Origin: Solirubrobacterales bacterium
GTDB taxonomy: Bacteria > Actinomycetota > Thermoleophilia > Solirubrobacterales > 70-9
Assembly: GCA_051961435.1 (NCBI GenBank)
Contig: JBQCDH010000027.1
Location: forward strand, 32,535-96,534
Length of the DNA stretch: 64,000 nucleotides
Reading direction: 5' to 3'
The translations under genes were made by a program, and so were the position numbers. The stretch's first letter is position 1; every line of letters begins with the position of its first letter. Shown here in pieces: positions 16,588 through 23,876 of the stretch. The notes under the pieces are model-generated. The model had not been told where the DNA came from. It saw only the letters and a list, made by a program, of their open reading frames with translations, and did no database searches.

Positions 16588-18123
16588 TTGGAGGCATCAG
16601 CCCTAACTCACGCCAGTCGCCGTGGACTCTTGGTCCGCCGCTCGCCCCTGCTCAAGCTGCAGGGCGACGAGAAACTGATCGCGATGGCGCGCAGCGGCAA
16701 CCCCGGCGCCTTCGAGACGATCGTCGACCGCTACCAGGGCCGCCTGCTCGGCTTCTGCCGCCAGATGCTGGGTTCCACCGAGGACGCCGAAGACGTCCTC
16801 CAGGAGGTCTTCGTCAACGCTTACAAAGCGATGCTGGCCGACGAGCGCGAGATCAACCTGCGCCCCTGGCTCTACCGGATCGCCCGCAACCGCTGCCTCA
16901 ACTACCTGCGCAAGCCGAAGGCCGACGCGCAGGAATCGATGGACATGGTCCCCGAGGTCGACGCCGCCTCGACCGCCGAGCGCGTCCACAACCGCGAGGA
17001 GTTCCGCCAGCTCCTCGCCGACGTCAACAAGCTTCCCGAGACCCAGCGCTCCGCCCTGCTGCTGCGCGAGATGGACGCCCTCTCCTACGAGGAAATCGCC
17101 GCCGCGATGGACACCACCGTGCCCTCGGTCAAGTCGCTGCTGGTGCGGGCGCGGATCTCCCTCGCCGAGGCGAGCCAGGCGCGCCTGCTGACCTGCGGCG
17201 AGGTCCGCGTCGAGCTCTCCGAAGCCGCCGAGGGCCTGCGCAAGGCCTCGGCGCCGGTGCGCCGGCACGTGCGCGAGTGCGAGGAGTGCGCCGACTTCCG
17301 CAGCCAGATCCGCTCCAACGAGAAGGCGCTGGCGGCGCTCTTCCCGGTTGGGCCGCTGGTCGCCTTCAAAGGCTTCGTCCTCTCCAAGCTCGGCCTCGGC
17401 GGGACCGGCGGCGCCACCGCCGGCGCGGCCGGGGCGGGGACCGCGGGCGCCGGGGCGGGAGCCCTGGGCAGCGTCGGCGCCGCGCTCGGCGGCGGCTCGG
17501 CCGCCGGCGGGATCGGCGCCCTCGGCGGCGCGCTCGGCACCAAGGCCGTCGCCGGCGTCGTCACCGCGGCGGTCCTCACCGCCGGCGCGGTCGAGGTGAA
17601 GCAGACGACCTCGACTTCGAACGAACCGCCGCCGATCGTGCGCGAAGAATCCGCTTATCGGGCTCCCGCGCCCGGCAAGATCGCCGCCGCCGAAACCGCG
17701 CCGCTGCCGGCTCCGCAGCCGAAGCAGCCGGGCGAAGCCGTCGAAGCCGCTCCGGTGCCTGCGCCGACCGAAACGACCCCGGTCGCCACGGAGGAAACGC
17801 CCCCAACGACCTCCGCCGTGGAAGAAGAAAAAGCCGCCGATCAGTCGAGCGCCGAAGAAGGCGTCGCCGCCGGCGATTCCGACTCCGAAGGCATCGGCGC
17901 CGCGACCCCGTCCGAAGAAGTCCCCGGCGCCCCCGGCGGCGGCGAAACGGTGGTCGTGACCGTCGGCGGCAGCCCGCCGCCGAGCGAACCGGCGCCCGCC
18001 TCCACCCCGCCGCCCCCACCGCCTCCGCCGGTGGAAGAAGCGCCCGCCCCCGCACCGATCAGCAGGCCGCCGGTGGAACTGAGCGAACTGCCGGGCGGAC
18101 TGCCGGTTACGCCAAGCCGATGA
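16588..18123 (+). CDS. ECF-type sigma-70 factor fused to a zf-HC2 anti-sigma-like segment, a TM helix and an Ala/Gly/Pro-rich tail
   Basis: Region 2 (DAEDVLQEVFVNAYKA...RPWLYRIARNRCLNYLRK), region 4 (LPETQRSALLLREMDALSYEEIAAAMDTTVPSVKSLLVRAR), then HVRECEEC (Hx3Cx2C), the hydrophobic stretch LFPVGPLVAFKGFVLSKLGL and a low-complexity tail. Confidence 0.75.
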   Translation: MEASALTHASRRGLLVRRSPLLKLQGDEKLIAMARSGNPGAFETIVDRYQGRLLGFCRQMLGSTEDAEDVLQEVFVNAYKAMLADEREINLRPWLYRIARNRCLNYLRKPKADAQESMDMVPEVDAASTAERVHNREEFRQLLADVNKLPETQRSALLLREMDALSYEEIAAAMDTTVPSVKSLLVRARISLAEASQARLLTCGEVRVELSEAAEGLRKASAPVRRHVRECEECADFRSQIRSNEKALAALFPVGPLVAFKGFVLSKLGLGGTGGATAGAAGAGTAGAGAGALGSVGAALGGGSAAGGIGALGGALGTKAVAGVVTAAVLTAGAVEVKQTTSTSNEPPPIVREESAYRAPAPGKIAAAETAPLPAPQPKQPGEAVEAAPVPAPTETTPVATEETPPTTSAVEEEKAADQSSAEEGVAAGDSDSEGIGAATPSEEVPGAPGGGETVVVTVGGSPPPSEPAPASTPPPPPPPPVEEAPAPAPISRPPVELSELPGGLPVTPSR

Positions 18124-19036
18124 CTTTGAGCCGGCGCATCAGGCAGGTGCCGGCGAACTGGCGGGTTTCCTCTAGCGAGTAGCCGAACAGCTCGAAATCG
18201 TCCCCCGCGCCCTCGGCCCAGGGGGGCTGCAGGACGCCGTCGGCGATCGGCAGCGCCTGCTCCAGCGTGCGCTGGATCGCCTGCTTGTAGCGGTCGTCCT
18301 CGCGCGCCTTCTCGCGCAGGAAGACGGAGCCGAAGGCGACGTGGCGGTGCTCGTCGCGGGCGACGTTGGAGAAGCCCTCGACGAAGGCCGGCAGCGTCCC
18401 TTCGCGTTCGTTGAAGTCCATGATGAAGTGCTGCCCGGTGAGGGCCAGCATCCCCTCGATCACCATGTGGTAGAGCGTCACCGCCTCGACCAGCGCCTCG
18501 GCGTCCTCGGGTTCGGCCGAGAGGCGATCGGTCCGCTCCTTCAGCATCCCGTCGAAGAGGTCGCCGAACTTGGCGTTGAGGTGGGCCGAGGTCTCCTCCA
18601 GCATCTCGCTCAGGGCGTCTGACTCCAGCACTCCCACCTCGCGGTAGAAGCGCTCGAAGAAGCGGACGTGGCGCGCCTCGTCGGCGATCTGCGTGCAGAG
18701 GAAGATTTTCTGGTCCTCGGTCGGCGCCGCCCGCATGATCGGCCCCAGCTCCTCGGCCACCTTCTGCTCGCCGATGAAGAACGAGGAGAGCCCGTACATG
18801 CGCTGGAAGCGCTCCTCCTCGCTGATCCGCTCGTGCCAGTCCTCGCGGTCGCGGCTGAAGTCGAGCTCCTGGGTCTGCCACTGCTGGCGCTCCCAGAGGT
18901 CGTAGAGCTCGGCGTAGCTGAGCAGCTTGATCTCGGCGGTGCGGTCCGCCGCCTCGTTCAGCGCCGGATCCGCGGTCGCCTGGAAGTCGGCGCGCTCGGT
19001 CCTCGACTGCGTCCCAGTTGCCTCTCTGGCCTCCAT
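18107..19036 (-). CDS. ferritin-like di-metal protein, ribonucleotide reductase R2-like (R2lox-type)
   Basis: 309 aa. Two ExxH motifs (DEARH, DEHRH) plus carboxylates at FFIGEQ and VIEGM. Confidence 0.7.
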   Translation of the reverse strand: MEAREATGTQSRTERADFQATADPALNEAADRTAEIKLLSYAELYDLWERQQWQTQELDFSRDREDWHERISEEERFQRMYGLSSFFIGEQKVAEELGPIMRAAPTEDQKIFLCTQIADEARHVRFFERFYREVGVLESDALSEMLEETSAHLNAKFGDLFDGMLKERTDRLSAEPEDAEALVEAVTLYHMVIEGMLALTGQHFIMDFNEREGTLPAFVEGFSNVARDEHRHVAFGSVFLREKAREDDRYKQAIQRTLEQALPIADGVLQPPWAEGAGDDFELFGYSLEETRQFAGTCLMRRLKVIGLA

Positions 19037-19088
19037 GTCGCTCTCTCCTCGCTCGGCTGCGGCTTGCCCGCCGAGCCTAGCACCGAGA

Positions 19089-19110
19089 CTGGCCAGCCGG
19101 CCAGTTTTTT
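19089..19110. terminator. hairpin CTGGCC-agcc-GGCCAG plus T6 overlapping the stop of the hydrolase gene (function uncertain)
   Basis: Perfect 6-bp stem. The T-run is on the plus strand although both flanking genes are on the minus strand. Confidence 0.3.
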
Positions 19111-19822
19111 AGACGCTGTGGGTCTGGCCCGGCTCGAGGACCACGACCTGCGAGGAGGTCTGCGCCTCGACGTCGGACTTGAACGCCCCGGCGTCGGTCT
19201 CGATCGGGGGGAAGGTGTTGAAGTGCATCGGGATCACCGTCTTCGCGCCGACGAATTCGCAGGCGACGACGGCGTCGCGGCGGTCCATCGTGTAGTGGCC
19301 GCCGATCGGGACCAGGAAGACGTCGACGTCGCTGCGCTGCGCGATCAGCTTCATGTCGCCGAAGAGGCAGGTGTCGCCGGCGTGGTAGACGGTCGTCTCG
19401 CCGATCTTGATCACCAGCCCCGCCGCCGGCCCGACGACGACGCCGGTCTCGGCGCTGAAGGGGTCTTCGCCCGAGCCGGGGATCGTGTTGGTGTGCCAGG
19501 CGGGGACGAGGGAGATGTAGCCCCAGTCGTACTCCACGGTGCCGCCGAAGTTCGGGTCCTTGACCGACTCGACCCCCTGCGCTTCCAGCCAGTGGGCGAG
19601 CTCGACGATCGCCACGCACTCGGCGCCGGTCCGCTTCGCGACCCCGACCGCGTCGGCGACGTGGTCGGCGTGGCCGTGGGAGAGGGCGATGTGGGTCGGA
19701 TCGACTTCCTCGCCGGTATGGACGGCGATCGGGCTGTTCGGTTTCAGGAACGGGTCGACCAGGACCGTGGTCTCCCCCTCGCTCAGCTCGAAGCACGACT
19801 GGCCGTGGAACTTGATCTCCAT
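19109..19822 (-). CDS. metal-dependent hydrolase, UPF0173/beta-lactamase-fold family
   Basis: 237 aa. MEIKFHGQSCFEL...VLVDPF...ALSHGHADH. Confidence 0.8.
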   Translation of the reverse strand: MEIKFHGQSCFELSEGETTVLVDPFLKPNSPIAVHTGEEVDPTHIALSHGHADHVADAVGVAKRTGAECVAIVELAHWLEAQGVESVKDPNFGGTVEYDWGYISLVPAWHTNTIPGSGEDPFSAETGVVVGPAAGLVIKIGETTVYHAGDTCLFGDMKLIAQRSDVDVFLVPIGGHYTMDRRDAVVACEFVGAKTVIPMHFNTFPPIETDAGAFKSDVEAQTSSQVVVLEPGQTHSV

Positions 19823-19823
19823 C

Positions 19824-20153
19824 TCAGCTCTCTCCTCCCGGATCGTTGGAACCTGGCATCTCTTCTCTCAGTGCCCAGCCGACGGCGACGCCAACCATCA
19901 TCCCCATCCGCGCCTCCTCGACGAGGAGGGCGCGGACGGCGGCGAGCCGCTCGTCGGGGTCGGGGACGGTGGCGGCCCTGAGCGCCTCGGCCTCGTGCGG
20001 CTCGCCGAACCAGCCGCCCTCGGCCAGGGCGGCCGCGAGGACCTTCTGCAGCTGCGGCGCGGCGCGGGCGACGACCCGCTCGGCCTCGGAGAAACGCTCC
20101 GGGTCGAGCAGCCGCTCGATCGCCGCTTCGAACTCGCTCTCGCTGGGCAGCAC
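19824..20153 (-). CDS. hypothetical protein
   Basis: 109-aa ORF tightly packed between the rhomboid-like and hydrolase genes. Confidence 0.55.
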   Translation of the reverse strand: MLPSESEFEAAIERLLDPERFSEAERVVARAAPQLQKVLAAALAEGGWFGEPHEAEALRAATVPDPDERLAAVRALLVEEARMGMMVGVAVGWALREEMPGSNDPGGES

Positions 20154-20177
20154 GAGCAGAGAGCCTAACCGCGCCCT

Positions 20178-20945
20178 CTACTCGCCGTGATGGAGGGCCG
20201 CGGCGGCGAGCCCGGCAAAGCCCCCGACCGCGCCGCCGGCCAGCCCGGCGTAGAAGTCGGCGGTGGGGGCGAAGAGCGGCAGCGCGATCAGGACGACGGC
20301 GGCCACCGCTACCCCGATCACGTCGTACTCCTCGCCGATCTTGCCATGGACTTCGGAGCGCCGGATCGCGAACCAGGCGGCGAGCGCGCCCAGCGCCATG
20401 CCGTTGCCGCCGGCGACGACGGTGGGCGTGCCCTGGGCGCTGGCGACCGCGCCGCCGACGATCACGCCCAGCGAGCCGCAGGCGAGCAGCAGCACCGCCG
20501 TCGGCAGCGTGCCGAGCCGGCGCTCGACCCCGGTCGAGAAGATCGCCAGCGCGACCGCGACGACGAACAGGTAGCCGACGTCGACGTAGGCGAAGGGGGC
20601 GGTGAGATAGCGCCACCAGTCCCCCTGCAGCGGCACGATCAGGCCGCCGTAGGTCGCCAGCCCCTGTCCGCCCGCCTTCTGGACCAGCAGCAGGGCGGCG
20701 GAGCCGAGGATCACCGCCAGGGTCGCGTAGGGACGGTCTTTGGAGACCGCGAAGCCAGGCCGCCGCGGGCGCGGGATCCGGCGCCGGCGCCGGCGCGGCT
20801 GCTGGGCCTCGAGCGCGTCGCCGCGCCGCTCCAGCTTCGGCGCCCGCTTGCGCAGCCGGGCGCCGCAGTACGGGCACTCGGTGACGTAGGGACTGACCTC
20901 GGAGCCGCAGTTCTTGCAGATGACGCTGAGCTCAGTCTCGCTCAT
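20178..20945 (-). CDS. rhomboid-family-like membrane protein with N-terminal zinc ribbon; catalytic Ser/His apparently absent
   Basis: Start taken at ATG 20945 (MSETELSVICKNCGSEVSPYVTECPYCG); the 728-aa track ORF is over-extended. WWRYLTAPF resembles the rhomboid WRxxT motif. GGNG sits where GxSG is expected. Confidence 0.65.
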   Translation of the reverse strand: MSETELSVICKNCGSEVSPYVTECPYCGARLRKRAPKLERRGDALEAQQPRRRRRRIPRPRRPGFAVSKDRPYATLAVILGSAALLLVQKAGGQGLATYGGLIVPLQGDWWRYLTAPFAYVDVGYLFVVAVALAIFSTGVERRLGTLPTAVLLLACGSLGVIVGGAVASAQGTPTVVAGGNGMALGALAAWFAIRRSEVHGKIGEEYDVIGVAVAAVVLIALPLFAPTADFYAGLAGGAVGGFAGLAAAALHHGE

Positions 20946-21059
20946 GTGTTCGAGGATACCCGCAGGCGCTCGATTCCCCATTCGGCAGCCAAGTGCCAAG
21001 CGTCCCCGAAGGTCCGGTGACATACTCCCGAGACACCCATCTTCGAGGAGGAAATTGAC

Positions 21060-21980
21060 GTGGAGCTGAAGAGTCTGACCGAGCAGAAATCGCTGCTGGA
21101 GGTCCTGCCGCCGGGCAAACGGGCCCGCCTGCACCGCCTCCTGTTCGAGTTCGGACCGGGCAACGGCACCCTGATGCTGCTGCCGATCGACCAGGGGATC
21201 GAGCACGGCCCGCGCGACTTCTTCCCCAACCCCGCCTCCAAGGACCCCGACTACCAGTTCCGGCTTGCCGCCGAGGCCGGCTACTCGGCACTCGCCTGCC
21301 AGATCGGGATGGCCGAGAAGTACTACCCCGACTACGCCGGCAGGGTGCCGCTGATCCTCAAGGTCAACGGCAAGACCGACATCCCCTCCTCCTCGAAGGC
21401 GCTCTCGACCTGCAACGCCAGCGTCGAGGACGGCGTCCGCCTCGGCGCCGACGCGATCGGCTACACGCTGTACGTCGGCTCGCCCCGCCAGGACGAGGAC
21501 CTCGCCCAGCTGCGGCGCGTGCGCGAGGAATGCGACCGCTACGGGATGCCGCTGGTGGTCTGGTCCTACCCGCGCGGCGAAGCGGTCGAGGCCAAGGGCG
21601 GTCAGAACAGCTTCTACGCGATCGACTACGCCGCCCGGATGGCGATGGAGATGGGCGCCGACGTGGTCAAGCTCAACATGCCGAAGATCGACCCCGGCAA
21701 GGACAAGGACGCCCCCGCCCCCTACGACGAGATGGAAGTCGACCAGACCGAGGCGATCCGCCAGTGCGTCGAGTCGGCGGGCCGGGCGCTGGTCGTCCTC
21801 TCCGGCGGCTCCAAGACCGACGACGAGACGGTCCTGGCCAACACCCGCGACGTGATGCAGGCCGGCGGCTCCGGCGTCATCTTCGGCCGCAACGTCTGGC
21901 AGCGCGAGTGGAGCGAGGCGCTGGCGATCATCGAGCAGATCAAGGAGACGCTGCTCTCCAACGTTCGCCGTACCCCGTAG
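21060..21980 (+). CDS. class I fructose-bisphosphate aldolase, DhnA/FbaB family
   Basis: 306 aa. LLPIDQGIEHGP, PLILKVNGKT and ADVVKLNMPK parallel E. coli FbaB LPVDQGVEH / FLVKLNH / ADIVKQKM. Confidence 0.8.
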   Translation: MELKSLTEQKSLLEVLPPGKRARLHRLLFEFGPGNGTLMLLPIDQGIEHGPRDFFPNPASKDPDYQFRLAAEAGYSALACQIGMAEKYYPDYAGRVPLILKVNGKTDIPSSSKALSTCNASVEDGVRLGADAIGYTLYVGSPRQDEDLAQLRRVREECDRYGMPLVVWSYPRGEAVEAKGGQNSFYAIDYAARMAMEMGADVVKLNMPKIDPGKDKDAPAPYDEMEVDQTEAIRQCVESAGRALVVLSGGSKTDDETVLANTRDVMQAGGSGVIFGRNVWQREWSEALAIIEQIKETLLSNVRRTP

Positions 21981-22016
21981 GGGGAGAGTTTTGCCCGCGC
22001 CGCGCCTTGAAGCGAG

Positions 22017-22514
22017 GTGCGGCGCAACTTCGGCAGCTTCCTCCTCCTGGCCCTGGTCGCGGTGGCGATCTTGCGGCCCTGGGAACGCCTGCCGCTCGGC
22101 GGGGAGCCGCCGCGCAGCGCCATCGCCTACGTGGTGCGGGCGGTCGACGGCGACACGATCGAAGTGCGGGTGGGCGGGCGGACCGAGGACGTCCGCTACA
22201 TCGGCGTCGACACGCCGGAGACGGTGAAGCCGGGGACGCCGGTGCAGTGCTTCGGGCCGCGGGCGCACCGCTTCAACGAAGGCCTCGTCGAAGGGCGGCG
22301 GGTGCGGCTGGTCTTCGGCGTCGAGCGGCGCGACGTCTACGGCCGGCTGCTCGCCTACGTCCACCTCGGGCGCCGCTTCGTCAACGCCGAACTGGTCCGC
22401 CGCGGCTTCGCCCGCACCCTCGAAATCGCTCCCAACACGCGCTTCGCGGGACGCTTCAAACGGCTTGAGATGGCGGCTGCTCGGACAGGCCGCGGGCTCT
22501 GGGGCGCCTGCTGA
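22017..22514 (+). CDS. thermonuclease (staphylococcal nuclease-like)
   Basis: 165 aa. VDGDTIEVR...VRYIGVDTPE...DVYGRLLAYV...NAELVRRGFA. Confidence 0.8.
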   Translation: MRRNFGSFLLLALVAVAILRPWERLPLGGEPPRSAIAYVVRAVDGDTIEVRVGGRTEDVRYIGVDTPETVKPGTPVQCFGPRAHRFNEGLVEGRRVRLVFGVERRDVYGRLLAYVHLGRRFVNAELVRRGFARTLEIAPNTRFAGRFKRLEMAAARTGRGLWGAC

Positions 22515-22541
22515 TTGTGAGCGAATCGTGAGCCCTGCAAG

Positions 22542-22823
22542 ATGTTTTGCTACGGTGCCCGCTGGCCCGCGGGGCCCTTCCCTATGAGAATGCGACAGAG
22601 CATCTCCCAGTTCGAGACGGCGTTCGAGCAGGAGACCTACCTCGAGCGCCGCCGACGCGAGCAGCTGCGCCGCCGTGCCGCCAACCGGTCGCGGGCGCGC
22701 AAAATCAACCGCGTCGAGCAGCAGGGCAAGGTCCGCTTCAGCGTTCTCGCCGTCTGCCTCACCGCCACCGTGATCGTCGTCGTGCTGGCGATGTTCGAGG
22801 CGCTCTCCTTCTTGATGTCGTAG
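22542..22823 (+). CDS. hypothetical C-terminally membrane-anchored protein
   Basis: 93-aa ORF with a basic N-terminal part and one C-terminal hydrophobic helix. Confidence 0.45.
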   Translation: MFCYGARWPAGPFPMRMRQSISQFETAFEQETYLERRRREQLRRRAANRSRARKINRVEQQGKVRFSVLAVCLTATVIVVVLAMFEALSFLMS

Positions 22824-22873
22824 CCCCCGCCTCTCCGCCCCCGAATGCCCTCCTTCAATAGACTCGCGCGCCG

Positions 22874-23434
22874 ATGGCTCGACGCTCGCTGAAGCCGCAG
22901 CTGAACCAGATCCGCGCCTGGGTGCAACAGGGGCGGACCGACGCCTGGATCGCGCACCAGCTGGAAGTCAGCGCGACCGAGCTGCGCGAGTTCCGCAAGC
23001 AGTACGACCTCTCGCCCGACGACGAGAACGCCAGCTCGAACGAAGTCGACCTCCGCGACGAGATCGAAGCCGAGATCGAGGCGGCGACCGAGGCCGAAGA
23101 AGCCGAGCAGGCCGAGGACGAGGGAGACGAGGACGAGGAGCGCGAGGAGCGAGGCGAGGCCGAGGCCGGAGCCGGCCGCCGTCGTCGTCGCCGTCGCGGC
23201 CGCCGCGGCGGGCGCGGGCGCCGCAAAGAGCTCGAGGCGACCTTCGACCACGGCGAGACCGACGGCTACGGCCTCTGGCTCGACGCCTCCGTCAAGGACA
23301 ACCCCGTCTACGCCGAGCACTGGGCCGGCAAGCGCGACGTCACCGTCCGCATCGAGGCCGACCAGATCGTCATCCGCCGCGCCGGCCCTGCCGACGAGAA
23401 CGGCGAAGAGTCAGACGACCAGCTGTCCGACTGA
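22874..23434 (+). CDS. hypothetical protein with acidic and Arg-rich low-complexity centre
   Basis: 186-aa ORF with a possible N-terminal HTH-like segment (TDAWIAHQLEVSATELREF). Confidence 0.5.
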   Translation: MARRSLKPQLNQIRAWVQQGRTDAWIAHQLEVSATELREFRKQYDLSPDDENASSNEVDLRDEIEAEIEAATEAEEAEQAEDEGDEDEEREERGEAEAGAGRRRRRRRGRRGGRGRRKELEATFDHGETDGYGLWLDASVKDNPVYAEHWAGKRDVTVRIEADQIVIRRAGPADENGEESDDQLSD

Positions 23435-23519
23435 CCAAGCAGAGCAAGGACGCAGGGAGCGTGGCGTGCTCTGCACGCGAGCGACCGAGGACGCTGCTAT
23501 GCGCCGGTCAGACGGACAG

Positions 23520-23843
23520 CTAGACCGGCAACTGCCTCCCGCCGGCGAAATCGGTCGCGCCACGTAGATAGAGCCAGAAGGCGGCGTCGCCCAGCGACTG
23601 CGCGTCGTCCTCCAACGCCGGCGCCACGTCGAGCGCCACCTGCTGGCACCAATCGGTGCCCTTGCCGTACAGCTCGGCCAGCTCGGCGGCGGAAAACGTG
23701 GGACCGATCCGCCGCCGCAACTCGTCCCTGATCGCATCGACCACCCGCTCGGCGAGGCGGCGCCGACGGGGATCGTCGATCGCCTGCAGAGCCCTTCTCC
23801 CCTCCTCCCACTGGAAGAGCGCGTTCTCGAGCGGGTAGGCCAT
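23520..23843 (-). CDS. hypothetical protein
   Basis: 107-aa ORF with helical, protein-like composition. Confidence 0.5.
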   Translation of the reverse strand: MAYPLENALFQWEEGRRALQAIDDPRRRRLAERVVDAIRDELRRRIGPTFSAAELAELYGKGTDWCQQVALDVAPALEDDAQSLGDAAFWLYLRGATDFAGGRQLPV

Positions 23844-23876
23844 TGCGCGAGGTTACCCAGCCGCAGACGCGGGCAA

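Noticed and set aside
17380-18060. Repetitive GC-rich DNA that could be mistaken for a repeat array or CRISPR (similar cases at 23080-23230, 27890-27990 and 55330-55440)
   Set aside because: These are in-frame low-complexity coding tails: Ala/Gly/Pro in the sigma fusion, Glu/Asp and Arg runs, PEGA repeats in the PPIase, and Ser/Gly in FmdB. They lack regular repeat-spacer architecture. I found no CRISPR array anywhere in the window.
20946-22364. N-terminal 470 aa of the 728-aa minus-strand ORF 20178..22364
   Set aside because: This part is antisense to the well-supported class I aldolase and thermonuclease genes and has a low-complexity composition. Only the portion from ATG 20945 downward looks like a real (rhomboid-like) protein.
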